Source: Blepharisma stoltei ATCC 30299
Taxonomy: Eukaryota; Protista; Ciliophora
Reading direction: 5' to 3'
Length of the DNA stretch: 64,000 bases
NCBI GenBank assembly: GCA_965603825.1
Contig: CBFDEM010000057.1
Location: 372,001-436,000 of the forward strand
Shown: one piece after another, positions 23,265 through 35,715 of the stretch
Layout: every line of letters starts with the position of its first letter
Position numbering within the stretch: the first letter of the stretch is position 1
The notes under the pieces: model-generated
Seen by the model: only the letters and a program-made list of their open reading frames with translations
Databases searched by the model: none
Told to the model about the DNA's origin: nothing
Translations under genes and position numbers: made by a program

Positions 23265-24050
23265 CTATATAGACGGTAAATGCAAATAATGAGTTTTTGT
23301 AAAATTTGGAGTCACATATTCATAGCTTTGGTTTCTCAAAGCTACTTTCCTAAAGAAATCCCTCGGGTTTTCTTGAGAATCCCCATAAAGTTTTGCCAGC
23401 ATATTTCGACCTCCTCCATTTGGTGTGTTTCTTAGCCATTCTTGAAAAGGCATCCAACATATATGAGATATTTCACTCGTATCAGAATTGAATTCAAAAT
23501 TGTCAGCATTCATCAAAACAATAAAATATATATCTGGTCTATTGAAATATAAGCTCTTAATCTCTCTGAAGCATAAAATCCCTATTGGAGTTGCATCTAT
23601 TCCTGTCTCTTCTTTTACTTCTCTGCATGCAGCTTCTAAAACTAACTCTCCAGGGTCTAATAGCCCTCCTGGCAATTTCCATTGATCAATCCCTGTTTTA
23701 TCAACTCTATCTTTTATCAGCAAAATGTTTCCTTCATTATTAAAAATGACTCCACCAGCACCCATATAGTGACTTGAGTATCCTGGCAGCTTATTTGGAG
23801 TACTTAATAATCATTTTGCCATGACAAGACCATTTTCAGATACATGATGCATGTAAAATCCTTTATTTCTGCAGATTGGGGCTAGTTCTAACTGAGTATT
23901 TGGTATTTCTAATCAAACTCCTCGGGTTCCATCACTCTGCCATAACATCAAAGAATTATCTAAAACTGACTCAAAATTAGGAGGTAACATAGTATCAGTT
24001 ATATGAACGCATCTGTATAGGTCTCTTCTGCCTTGCAATATTTCAGTCAT
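23265..24050 (-). CDS. NUDT6-like Nudix hydrolase, paralog 3 (261 aa)
   Basis: QWKLPGGLLDPGELVLEAACREVKEETGI; extends upstream through TGA=W to the ATG at 24050. Confidence 0.9.
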
Positions 24051-24159
24051 TTTATTACTTGTAATATAAGAGTTATATTACATATTTACTTAAAAAAAAT
24101 CTGGAATAGGAATTATATGAATAATTAGCATAGCTAGGATTTTTAATCTACCAAAAAAT

Positions 24160-25695
24160 TTAATTATGACGGCCAAGATGCTCTTTTAAGACCTCCAAAG
24201 CTTCGTTAGCCTTTGAGTTTAGCAGCCTTTTCTCTTTTAAAAGACCAAGTAGCTCCGTTTCTGGCATTTCAAGAATCATCCCAGTGACCTTACCTGTGAA
24301 TTCTTTAAAATGTGGGAGAATTTCTGTGTAAATTGTTTCTCCAAGAATTTGCTTTCTTGTAGGACCATCTGAAATTTGATAAAATTCATAATTGAAATTA
24401 ACAGGCTCACATTCTGGACTTCTTTGAGGAGTGTCTTGAGTATATTTTTGATTTTGATATATTTGCCTAGGTCTGGCTAACTGCCGATACGAAAATTTAG
24501 GCTGAATCCACGGGTTGAAAAACCTCTGCCCATTTTGCTTTAAAATCTGTTCAGGAGGCATCTTTTGAGTATTTTTATGCTTTTTAATTGACTGTATCAA
24601 CTCTGCTCTAGGTTTCCACTTGAAAACTTTTATTTCTAAATTATTGATTTTTAGATGCTGCAGCCTATTTAAAGCTTTTTCTGCTTCCTTTTTATCTTTG
24701 AAACATACTAAAACAGTGCCGGTAGGCTTCTTTTCTAATGTAACAATATCATCAACCCTGTAGTTGTCTATAGTGGCTATTTTCAAAGACTCAATTTCTC
24801 CATACTCTCTCAGGATTTCTTTCAGCTGCTCCTCAGTCAATCCAGTCGGTATCCCTTTTAAGCACAAATTTCGCTTTTTCCAATCTTCTCTTTTCTCTGC
24901 TAGTTCTCGTTTTATCATGAGACTTCTTTCAAATTTGTTGACAGCTTGACATACAAATCATTCGAACCCCAGCTCATTTGTTTTACCATGAAGCGCTTGA
25001 ACTGCTTGCTCAGCACTTTTTGAGTGTTCGAAGCACACGAAGCCAAAACATTTGGAGTTTCCATCTGGGTCCTTGCAAATTATTTTACTAGTGACTTTCC
25101 CATATTCTGAGAAAATTGCTTCTAGGGATTCTTCACTAAAGGCTTCATTGAATCCTCTGACATACACATTATTTTTGGATGAAATAGCTCTATCTTGTTT
25201 GGGGATGAACCTTTCTGCTGTAATTATTGTGTCTTTTACTACTATTGGAGCTTGAACCGCTTTATCTGCTGCATCTTTTAAAGTGAATTGGATAAATCCG
25301 TACCCTAAAGGCTGTCCATTTGCATTGTAACATATTTTTGAACTTACAATTTCCCCATATTTAGAAAATCAGGCTTCAAGGTCTTTTGTTGTAAAGTCTT
25401 TTGGGATGTTTTTAACGAAAATATTAGCTTTTTGGATTTTCTGGAGCGCTGCACTATAAGGAATTACTAAAATGTGCTTGCTTTTCAGCATAATTCCATT
25501 CAATTCTAAACGAGCCATTTTAGCACAATTCTCATCTGAGTAGGTGATTATAGCGCTTGACAGGTTTTTTTCCTTTTTACGATTCAAGCTGATTTTTTCT
25601 ATTCTACCATAAGGTAGAAAAAGATTATAGAGTTCTCTTTCAGATATGTCATATGCAAGATCGCTAACGAGCAATTGTCCTAAGATACCATCCAT
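24160..25695 (-). CDS. Divergent cytoplasmic poly(A)-binding protein (4 RRM + MLLE/PABC), 511 aa
   Basis: RRMs (ANIFVKNIP, GYGFIQF, SKCFGFVCF, NLCLKGIP) and an MLLE domain KQILGETIY..GKVTGMILEM..ELLGLL..KANEALEVL. Confidence 0.85.
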
Positions 25696-26063
25696 TTTTG
25701 TTTTATAATTTCAAAATACTAAAGCAAAAGAAGTAAAATAGAGAATTATGGGAATTAAATATGCAATAGTTTGATTAAATATGAACTTTGATTAATTTAA
25801 ATTTTTTAAAAATAATTATAATATCAAAAGATAATTAAATATATCTTTAATCAAATGTGCAGAATTGCTTTGAATATTTATAAATAATTCATTTGGATTA
25901 TTTTTTAATTCTATTTTTAGAGATTCATTATTATTAGATAAATACAAATATTTCATAAAATTTTCCATTTTATTAAAGGAGCAATATTTTGGCTTTTTGA
26001 TTGAGATTGCCTCAACAGATATAAATAATTCTCCTTCCATTTTCTCACCTCTTATAATAATAA

Positions 26064-26690
26064 ATGGCTACCAGATTCCACTATTTTGACGCCTTTGGGA
26101 GAGGAGAAGTTACCAGGCTGATTTTGAAGCACTTAGGTCTCGAATTTGAAGATGTAAGGCACACTTACGAGACCTGGGGGAAAGAAAAAACAACTGGAAT
26201 CGCTGAATTCGGCCAAGTTCCTTTGCTTCAAATTGACGGTCACAATCTTGTGCAATCCAGAGCCATCGAAAAGTACTTACTTAGAAGGGCTGGACTGCTT
26301 TCACAAGATGCTTATGAGAACTACCTCTCAGAATCCCTTGTCGGGTACTTAGATGATATAGGGCAAATTATTGCGAAATTCGTCTGGGTCGACAAGGACT
26401 TTGAAGGGCTTGCCAAATTCAATCAAGAGCAGCTTCCTGAAAAGTTAAGAATTATTGAAAAAAGACTTAACGATAGCAATACCCACTCTGCTGGAAACAC
26501 AATTAGCCATGCTGATTTTGTTCTCTTCCAATTTGTTCATGATTATTTCTTAAGACCTCAAAGGGCTGAACAGTTGAGACCAATTCTCGAAGCTAGCGCT
26601 CCAAGACTTATTCAATTCGCTGAGAATTTCAAGAATGCAAGTCACAACTTGTCTGCTTACCTTGCAACAAGGGCTGAGATGCAGTTTTAA
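26064..26690 (+). CDS. Glutathione S-transferase (sigma-like), copy 1
   Basis: YFDAFGRGEVTRL, FGQVPLLQIDG..LVQSRAI, ISHADF. Confidence 0.93.
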   Translation: MATRFHYFDAFGRGEVTRLILKHLGLEFEDVRHTYETWGKEKTTGIAEFGQVPLLQIDGHNLVQSRAIEKYLLRRAGLLSQDAYENYLSESLVGYLDDIGQIIAKFVWVDKDFEGLAKFNQEQLPEKLRIIEKRLNDSNTHSAGNTISHADFVLFQFVHDYFLRPQRAEQLRPILEASAPRLIQFAENFKNASHNLSAYLATRAEMQF

Positions 26691-27268
26691 GTCTTAAATA
26701 AGCCTGAGCTTGATTAATAATGCCCAATAAAATTAATAGTAAAATGGTAGGAGGCTATAAACAGATGCTTATAAATGGGTATTTATATTGAATAAAGCAG
26801 ATCTAATTGACTGAAATTTACAATTTTTCGATGCTATTTTTTATTTTGAGTTTATATAAATTGAATAATGCTTTTGAATTTATAAAAGAATATAATGCAT
26901 TTCAAATTTTATAAAATCTTGAATTTCTTATATTTTTAGCTGTGGTATATTTAAATAGACTTTAAACTGTGATGAGCTTAAAGGACTATTTATTATCAAT
27001 TTGAATTAAGTTTATTATTTTTTTTTTCTATATGAATTCAAAATATTTGAGGAGATTGTATTCAAACATGTATTTTGGCTTAGATTTAGAATATTTTGGT
27101 ATGGCATTCTAAATTCAAACCCTTATAAATATAAATTGGGATATTAAAGAAATTTTAATTATTCCAATAGTTACAGTCATTATCAGATAGTTATAAAAAT
27201 TCTTTATAGTTCTTAATAACTCTTAACAAGCCAATCTTCTCCATTTTCTTGCCTCAAATAATTAATAA

Positions 27269-27898
27269 ATGGCGCATACGAGATTTGTCTACTTTGACGG
27301 CTTCGGAAGAGGTGAGGTCACAAGATTGATCTTGAAGCACCTTGGTCAAGAATTTGAGGATTTTAGGCACACTTTTGAGTCTTGGGGAAAAGAAAAAGCA
27401 TCTGGAGTGGCTGAATTCGGTCAACTTCCAATGCTTCAAATTGACGGTCATAACCTTGTGCAGTCAAGAGCCATCGAAAAGTACTTACTTAGGAGGGCTG
27501 GACTGCTGTCACATGACCTATTTGAACTTTACCAGGACGAGTCACTTGTCGGATATTTGGACGATATTGGGAACATTATCGCTAAATTTGTTTTTGTTGA
27601 CAAGGATTTTGAAGGGCTTGCCAAATTCAATCAAGAACAGCTGCCTGAAAAGCTTAGAATCCTTGAAAGAAGGCTTAATCCAAGCAATAATCATAGTGTT
27701 GGGAACTCAATTAGCCATGCTGATTTTGTTCTCTTCCAATTTGTTCATGATTATTTCTTAAGACCTCAAAAAGCTGCAACAATGCGGCCACTTCTCGAAG
27801 CCAGTGCTCCAAGGCTTATTCAGTTTGCAGAGAATTTCAAGAATGCAAGTCACAACTTGTCTGCTTACCTTGCAACAAGAGTGGAGACGCAGTTTTAA
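27269..27898 (+). CDS. Glutathione S-transferase (sigma-like), copy 2
   Basis: Highly similar to copy 1, including about 70 nt of 3' flank. Confidence 0.93.
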   Translation: MAHTRFVYFDGFGRGEVTRLILKHLGQEFEDFRHTFESWGKEKASGVAEFGQLPMLQIDGHNLVQSRAIEKYLLRRAGLLSHDLFELYQDESLVGYLDDIGNIIAKFVFVDKDFEGLAKFNQEQLPEKLRILERRLNPSNNHSVGNSISHADFVLFQFVHDYFLRPQKAATMRPLLEASAPRLIQFAENFKNASHNLSAYLATRVETQF

Positions 27899-28198
27899 GT
27901 CTTAAATAAGCATGATCTTAGTTAATAATGCCCAACAAATTTAATAGTAAAATGGTAGGAGGTTATAAAAAGGTTTATAAAATTGCTATTTTGGTTTTAA
28001 AATGATTGATAACTATCTATTTTTAAATTATAAGTAAGTCAAACTACTTATAACTAATCGTTTTTAATTGTTCCCTATAGAATCGATTTTATAAACATAA
28101 ATAAATACTTATAATAGTCTCAAAAAATTGCCTATCCAAAGTGCTGCTATTTATTTGATAAATGGAGTTCTTTTGATTTTCTTATTTTCTTAATTGGA

Positions 28199-28625
28199 AT
28201 AGTGCATATAAAATTGGTTCATTTTGAGGGCTACTGAAGAGCTCGAGTGTGAAGAGTGATTTTGAGGCACTTGCAAACGATTTTGAAGATTTTAAACATT
28301 GCATTTGGAAATAGGATAAGAAAAACATCTGGATTTGCAGAGTTTGGACAACTTCTAGTGCATCAAAAAGATGGGAATAATCTCATGCAGTCTAGAGCTA
28401 CCCAAAATGTTTTGTTTAGGAGAGAGCTGGACTTCTTTTAGAATATGTCATCAATATTATCTACCAGAATCACTTCTCAGAAAATTAGAGGGGATTTGGC
28501 TTGCTATTGCTATAATCAGTTTTGCTGACAATCACTTTGAAGGATTTGCACAATTCAATAGCGGTAAGATGTCTGAGAAACTAATTATTAAGCTTTTTTA
28601 TCAATCCTGGCTAATTTTTATATAG
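28199..28625 (+). pseudogene. Degenerate third GST copy
   Basis: ATA GTG CAT ATA AAA TTG GTT CAT TTT GAG GGC aligns to the GST2 start with ATG changed to ATA. SGFAEFGQL..DGNNLMQSRA continues in one frame to a TAG at 28441, while HFEGFAQFNSGKMSEKL lies in another frame; the copy is truncated. Confidence 0.8.
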
Positions 28626-29040
28626 CCAAAAGCAAAGATTGCTTTCCATCTTTGCTATTTTTGATATTGTTGTAGATTGGAAGTTAGCTCAAACAAAGAG
28701 AAGTGCGTAGCATGAACTAAAATATTATTTAAGGAAATAATTATTCAATTTTGCATTTATTATAATTATAAATAGAACTCAAATAATTTCAATTATTATA
28801 AAAATCCTCTGACCGATTATACTCATTTATCTTGCATTCTAAAATTGCAGCATCCTCTCTTATGTTTTATTTTAAATATATTAATTTCCCAATCAAAAAT
28901 TGTATAAAATTAAAAAAATATTTAATAAAAAGCTTTCTTATGCCTTATCCAGTACTAAATAGTTGCACAAAATAATAACTGACACTCCAAAATCCATTTT
29001 TACTTAATTTCCAAAAAATGCGAATCAATTATACAATAAA

Positions 29041-30159
29041 ATGAGATCCACTTTACTAATTGAAGGTCGCAAAAAAACTACTCCGCTACTCCCACTAGAC
29101 AGAAACCGCCACACATCACAGCCTAAACAAGAAAAGCCGAAGCCCTACATTTCTAATGAAGATGAAAAATTATATGGCGACCGATTTCCTTCAGGATTTC
29201 GAAAAATGAAACTTTTAGGCAAGGGAGGCTGTGCCATGGTATGATTAGGAGAAGACGAGCTGACAGGCCAGCAAGTAGCTGTAAAGCAAGTTAGCCGCAA
29301 CAACAGTTCTGCAGCGGTTGAAAGCTGCAAAAGAGAAATTCACTTCGGAAAAATACTTAACGAGATTCACCATCCTGCAACACAGAGCATTGCCCGTTTA
29401 ATTTCGTCAAAATCTGACCGACAGGACATTTGGGCTATTTTCGAAGTAGGCGGATCAAGCTTAAGCAAAGCGCTTTTCCAACTGAAAGGAGAATTCGTTA
29501 GAGGGGAAAGAATGTATCAAGTCATTCACTGCCAATTGTATGAAGAAATAAAACGAAACCCAGAGATTTTGAAAGAATTTGTCAAAGAAATGCTGGAGGT
29601 TCTGCAGCTTTTTTCAGAGTTGAATATTGTGCATAGTGATTTGAAGCCTGATAATATTTTGGTTAATGAAGAATACTATGATGGGGTTAAATTGATAGAC
29701 CTTGGTTCAGCATTTAGTTGCATTGGGAATGGAACTATAAATACAGCTACTCCTGAATATATGCCGCCTGAAGCTTTAGAATTAGCACATTCTCCAGGAG
29801 ACCATATAGCAGAATTGGCTGAAATAAGCAATCCTTGGTCATTTGATATGTGGTCACTTGGGATGATTTTACTTGAAATCGTTTCTGGAGTACCATTATG
29901 GATGTCACTTAAATCTAGAGTAAATAGATTTGGAAGAATGGTTACATGTAAAGGACTTTTAGCTGCAACAGGAAGAGATCCAGCCACTATATTGAGACTA
30001 CAGCATGAAGTAACCCAAGATCTAGAGCAAACAATAAACAAATATGCAGCTTTTTCAGTGACTCGTGATTTTCTTGACTTATTAAGCAGAATGCTAACTT
30101 GGAACCCTGCAACTCGAATTTCCCCTGAAGACGCCCTGAATCATGAGTATCTAAACTAA
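29041..30159 (+). CDS. Ser/Thr protein kinase (CMGC/DYRK-like), 372 aa
   Basis: LGKGGCAMV(W)LG, VAVK, HSDLKPDNIL, DLG, TPEYMPPE, DMWSLG, RISPEDALNH. Confidence 0.9.
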
Positions 30160-30456
30160 CAGCTTTAGATAATTAAATAATGTAATTTATTACATTTTAT
30201 CAAGCCTTAATCAATATATCTTAATCAATTAAAATTCCAATTTCTCAAGCAACAAATCCAGGGCATGTGAGAATAGTCAAATTAATCATAAATTTAAATT
30301 GAGTATATGAAATAAACTTAATGTTTTAAAGCAGATTTCTCAATGAAGATAATAAAACTTTTTCTCGAATCTTCAGAAACAATTTATTATAGTAACTACG
30401 CCCATATTTTCTAAGCCAATCTTGGTTCAATTATGTTCAATCTTTGATAATAAAAT

Positions 30457-31512
30457 ATGTTGAAGAGGTTCTTTAGCAGTTCAGGACTCAGAGGTACCCT
30501 TATCAAGTGTACACAATCAGACATGCCAACTGTCATTGCTTTTCCTGACTTATTAGAAAATCCTGAAAGTCTTCGCCCACTATTTAACAAAAAGCTCCAA
30601 GAAATCAGGAACATTTGGCTTTTGAATTACAGGAACTCTTGGCTTGGAGAAAGGACTGACTCCATGAGTCCAGAAAACCTTGCAGACGACGTTATTCACT
30701 TCATGGACAAAAATCACATCACAATGGCTTCTTTAGTAGGCTGTGGATTCGGAGGAAGAGTTGCCAGCATAGCAGGAATCCTCAAATATCACAGAATTAC
30801 CTCAGTTGTAGGACTTGATTATTCTCCAATGGACTTAACAAAGCACGCTGCTTATAAAGAGCTCAAAGCAGCAATTGAATTTTGTGCACAGCTGGACTTG
30901 ACTGGGAAAAGCAAAAATGAAGTAGATGCGATTTTAAAGAAGAATGTGCCAAATCCAAGACTTTTGGTAGCATTGAGGGCAAATTTGACAGAAGGAGATG
31001 GAAATAAACTGTTTTGGAAGAGCGGAATGAAAGAGCTAGCTAAGAATATGAACGCCAAAGACCCTAATCTGAACATTGGAAAATTCCCTATGGTAGGGCT
31101 GTTTCCAGGGAGGGCGCTATTTTTATATGCAGAACGTTCGCAATGGGTTCATCAAGGAAGCAATACTATCCCAATGTACAACATTTTCCCTATCCTAAAA
31201 GGATCATATGGCTCATTCATCAACCATATTGACACTGACTGCCACCACTTGCACGAGTGCTCAGATGTCCATTCCATTGCAAGAAAAATTCATGAATTTT
31301 ATAAGTGGTATGATGGGGTTCATCCTACCCTGCTGAATAGAAGTGAAATCGGAAAAGTCGCTTTGCCGTTGAGAAGCTTTAATACTATAACTAAAGAAGA
31401 GAGAGAACATCTTATTAATGTAGGAGATCCAACTATACCAAAGATGATCCCAGTTCATAGACACCATAATTGGGGATATGCTCCTGAAGCAAAAAACATT
31501 CATTATCCTTAA
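30457..31512 (+). CDS. Mitochondrial ABHD11-like alpha/beta-hydrolase-fold protein, probably catalytically inactive
   Basis: Presequence MLKRFFSSSGLRG; fold motifs (LADDVIHFMD..ASLVG..GG..DYSP). The nucleophile elbow reads GCGFGG instead of GHSMGG. Confidence 0.75.
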   Translation: MLKRFFSSSGLRGTLIKCTQSDMPTVIAFPDLLENPESLRPLFNKKLQEIRNIWLLNYRNSWLGERTDSMSPENLADDVIHFMDKNHITMASLVGCGFGGRVASIAGILKYHRITSVVGLDYSPMDLTKHAAYKELKAAIEFCAQLDLTGKSKNEVDAILKKNVPNPRLLVALRANLTEGDGNKLFWKSGMKELAKNMNAKDPNLNIGKFPMVGLFPGRALFLYAERSQWVHQGSNTIPMYNIFPILKGSYGSFINHIDTDCHHLHECSDVHSIARKIHEFYKWYDGVHPTLLNRSEIGKVALPLRSFNTITKEEREHLINVGDPTIPKMIPVHRHHNWGYAPEAKNIHYP

Positions 31513-31785
31513 GCTAATATATTTGGCTATTCTAGATATCTATTAGGAAAGGCTAATTTCTAATTCTTTACGAGTAATATCTCTGAGTTAACATTTAAGA
31601 AACTATCTTAGTAGTCACTAGATAAATCATTAAAATCAGATTCATATTTAAGCTGCTCTACAATTAATATTTATCAATTATTTTATCATTAAAAAGCACA
31701 ATATATGACAATGATTAATATCATTAAATTGAAACAAATAAAAAGCTTTCTTCTATCTATCTACATTAAATAATATTAAAAAGAA

Positions 31786-32634
31786 ATGTGAAAGCTTAAT
31801 GAATTTGCTGAATTTGCTAAAAATAGTGGCATTTTATATAATCAAAAAAGGCAATTTGTGCGCTGCAAAGAGAGTATCAACTCCTACATAATATCGTATA
31901 AGCTTAAATTCAAAAACAACATCCTTATAAAGGTTTCATTAAAAGAAGTGAAATTCTTTAAATTGACATCTTTCCCAAAGTCTTTAGTTTCTAAAGCCTT
32001 AAAACATACAGGAGATTATTTTATATATAAATCAGCATCAAATTTTGTATGAAAAAATGAGCTACTTAACAGCTATCCGAACTTGATTTATGATAATCTC
32101 CAAGTCAGGCTGGGACAAATTACACAAAAGTTTATGAAGCTATTAAGAAAGATAAGAGAGCTTCTTGATGATTGCAGTGCAGATGCGAACAACGGCAACT
32201 CAAATAGAAATAATGACGAATTTGAAATATTAAAATTCCCACCGGCAATCAAAATTGATGCTAAGAAGTTTCAAGAGCTGTTCCATAAGGACCCACCAGT
32301 GAATTTTATCGAGAATATAGTTTTGATAAAAGAAAAAGCTCATCATATATATACCGTGAAATGCTTCTACATTTTTAATGAAATTAGAAAGGTTTTTATT
32401 GGGATAGGGGATTATAAAAGAGTATGTGAGGAAATTAATGCCCAAGGTATTGGAGAATTTTATAATAAACTCTATTTCATTCAGCTAAAATTGTGCGTCT
32501 TAAATGATTTTGCAAGAGAAGAAGGCCCTGCTAAAATGCCATTACAATTCGGAGAAGAATACAGCGAAAGATGCTTCGCAGCGATAGACCCAGGGATTTT
32601 TGCATTATCAATGAAAGATTTTCAGGAATTATAA
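31786..32634 (+). CDS. Hypothetical protein (282 aa)
   Basis: Track ORFs 31858 and 32083 are in one frame and join via TGA=W; upstream ATG at 31786. Confidence 0.6.
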
Positions 32635-32879
32635 TCAAAAATTACAAAGTTATGTATTTTAAGTTGCAAGTATATTAAAATCTAATTATCAATAATGATA
32701 ACAGAAATTACTATTTTTTATTTAATTCTACTAATGCTTCAAATAAACAATCAAATAAAGAAATTAATTTTTTTAGCCTTGGCTATTTTGTAATCAAGAC
32801 GAGTAAAATACATTTGTTTTGGTATAAATTTGCTATTATCTGCCATTATTAATATTAATCAATAAAAGTAAATATAAAG

Positions 32880-33212
32880 ATGAGATGCTATAATGAAGAT
32901 TGCAATTTAATTCCTGATTTTGTATGTGCTTGCTCCCTTCCTCCAGTCCGATCCTGCAGCATTCATTTATCAGCCCACTTGGAATCTCAATCAAATGATC
33001 CTCATTACTTTCAGCCTTTAAGATCCAGAGTAAAATTAGGCCACATGTCAAAACAGAAAATGATTAGTGGCATATCAAAAAATGCTCAAATGCTGAATTT
33101 TCCAAACCTAAGTCTTCTTCCCCAGCATGCTGCTCATAAATCAAAAAATCAAAAAAAGATTGAAAAAACTTTAGCCAATATGAGTATCAGAAACCAGAAT
33201 GAAAATGCATAA
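32880..33212 (+). CDS. Small protein with N-terminal Cys/His zinc-binding motif
   Basis: MRCYNEDC..FVCAC..RSCSIHLSAH (C-x4-C..CxC..CxxH-x3-H). Confidence 0.6.
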   Translation: MRCYNEDCNLIPDFVCACSLPPVRSCSIHLSAHLESQSNDPHYFQPLRSRVKLGHMSKQKMISGISKNAQMLNFPNLSLLPQHAAHKSKNQKKIEKTLANMSIRNQNENA

Positions 33213-33510
33213 ATAATAAAGAAAAATATTAGTATTTTCGTTATTTTTGGATAAAAAATTACTTAAATTATAAATAAAATTCAATAGGTTGGTGAACAAT
33301 TTTAGTGTCATATCACTTGCACTGATCATTATTTAAATTTAAATAAGCATTTCTTGATAGCTGGCTAATATGCTAATTATATTAAAATTGTAAGCATTAA
33401 ATCCTTATGCAATCGTTGCTGCTATGGATCATTCCTAACTTCTTCTAGAATCTCTAATTTTCTTGTATTTCTATTGATTTTTCCTTCTTTGAATTCATAT
33501 CTCATACAAT

Positions 33511-35697
33511 ATGTCTAATCAAGGCAAAAGAGGATTAAATTCCGCCTACATGCGAGCAACCCTTCAAATGTCCAAAGAGCAAGCTCAAGAGACGTGGCAA
33601 TCTCTTGAAAAATCAATTTTTTTAATCTTTGATTTCCAAAATTCCAAGCTGAGTTTCGAAGAGTTATATCGGAAAGCTTACGATCTTGTAATTCAAAAGC
33701 ATGGAGATTTGCTCTACAAAGGCCTTTCTGAGACAATCCGTCAGCGCTGCCTAGTAATTTCTGCAATGATTTTATCAGAAGCTCAAATCTCACTCTTTCC
33801 TGTGCTAAACAAATCATGAACAGACTTTAAATACGCAATGAATATGATCAAAGATATTTTGATGTATATGGACCGAAATTACGTAAAAAGCAAAAACACC
33901 ATCCCTGCATATGAACTGGGGCTAAATATTTTCAAACAAGAAATCCTCTATAGCCCAAACATAAAAACTAAGATTTCTGAACTGCTGATCCAGAGTATCC
34001 AAAATGAAAGAAATGGGGAATTTATTGAAAAAGAGCTAATAAGAAGTATCGCATTTATGCTAGTAGAGGTGGGAATAGGGACGAAAAACGTGTATATTGA
34101 ACTCTTTGAAGACTCATTTTTAGATGAAACTAAAAGATTCTATGAAAAAGAAGCTGAAGACGCAATTATTAAATTATCTTGCCCAGAATTTTTAGGTCAA
34201 GCTGAAAAGAGGCTAAAAGAAGAAAAAGCTAGAGTTGATAGCTATCTAGATCCCTCCACAGAAGAAAGGCTACTCCAAATCGTCGATCATTCCTTTATAG
34301 AAAAGCACTCAAAGACTTTAATTTATATGGAAAACTCTGGATGCCAAAAAATGATAGAGCAGATGAAAATTGATGATTTAAAAAGGATGTTTAAGCTGTA
34401 TTTAAGAGTTCCCTCCTGTCTCCGACATATCTCTGACTGCATGTCTGCCTTTATCCAATCTGAAGGTTCTCTCATAATCGCTTCTTCAGAATACAAAAAA
34501 AATCCAGTCGAGCTTGTAGGGGCTCTTCTTAAACTCCGAGATATGTTCAATACCATCGTAACCCAAGCTTTTGACAGAGACTCTATGATGGAAACAGTCA
34601 TGAAAATCAGCTTTGAAAACTGCATCAACGCGAACTCTAGAACTGCCCATGCTCTTGCATTATATGTTGATAAGTTATTAAAAAAAGACATCAAAGGCAT
34701 GAGAGAAGAAAACATTGACATTCAATTAGACCAAATCATTATTCTTTTCAGGTATATTTCTGACAAAGACGTTTTCGAAAATTTCTATAAGCAGCTGCTT
34801 GCGAAAAGACTTTTGCAGTCACGATCTTTGTCTGATGACGCAGAGAAGCTGTTTATCACGAAGCTGAAAACTGAATGTGGGTCACATTTCACGTCAAAAA
34901 TTGAAGGGATGTTTACAGATATGAGATTTTCCAGTGAGTCAGTAGAAGATTTTCAAACAAATGGCGATATGGAGATCGAGCCAAGTGTACTTACAGCTGC
35001 ATATTGGCCTTCTGATGTGGTACTGCCTATTAGCTTGCCAAGAGAAGTGATCCATGAAGCAGAACGATTCCGAAAATACTATTTGGGAAGACATAGTGGA
35101 AGAAGACTCTCATGGAAAACGAACATGGGCACTGCTGAAATCCGAGCTATACTTGGAATAAACAGTTCTCGCCATGAATTATTTGTATCTACCTATCAAA
35201 TGTCAGCGTTGCTTCTTTATAATGACCGTGAATCGCTAGTGTACGAAGAAATCACTCAAGTGCTGAACTGCTCTGACCCTGACTTTGAAAAGCATATGCT
35301 GGGACTTGTAAAAGCTGGGATTTTAGCTAAGTCTACTGCTGGAAAAGAAGTCTCAATGTCGACTGAGTTCTTTTTAAATCCTGAGTTTAAATCTAAACTC
35401 TATAGAGTAAAAGTTCCTGTTTTAGCCAAAAAAGATAATGAAATATCTACTCAGAGTGAAGTTCCAGAAATAGTTGAAGACGACAGAAAGCACATGATTG
35501 AAGCTACCATAGTTAAAATAATGAAAACGAGACGTAAAATTGATCATGCAGGGCTGCTAGGAGAAGTTACCAAATTAATATCATGGAGGTTTGTGCCATC
35601 GCCTAAGCAAATCAAGAGTAGAATTGAAAATTTGATTGAAAGAGAGTATATCCAAAGAGATGCAGAAAACCCTAATTTTTATAATTATGTCGCCTAA
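33511..35697 (+). CDS. CUL3: Cullin, CUL3-like (728 aa)
   Basis: LSFEELYRKAYDLVIQKHGDLLY, S(W)TDFKYAMNMIKDILMYMDRNYV, DKDVFENFYKQLLAKRLL, neddylation motif IEATIVKIMKTRR, IENLIEREYIQRD..YNYVA. Confidence 0.9.
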
Positions 35698-35715
35698 TGT
35701 CTCTTTTTATAATAA

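Noticed and set aside
25816-26040. 74-aa minus-strand ORF upstream of GST1 (similarly 4728-4922 and 2199-2405)
   Set aside because: Extremely AT-rich intergenic or antisense sequence with no recognisable motif.
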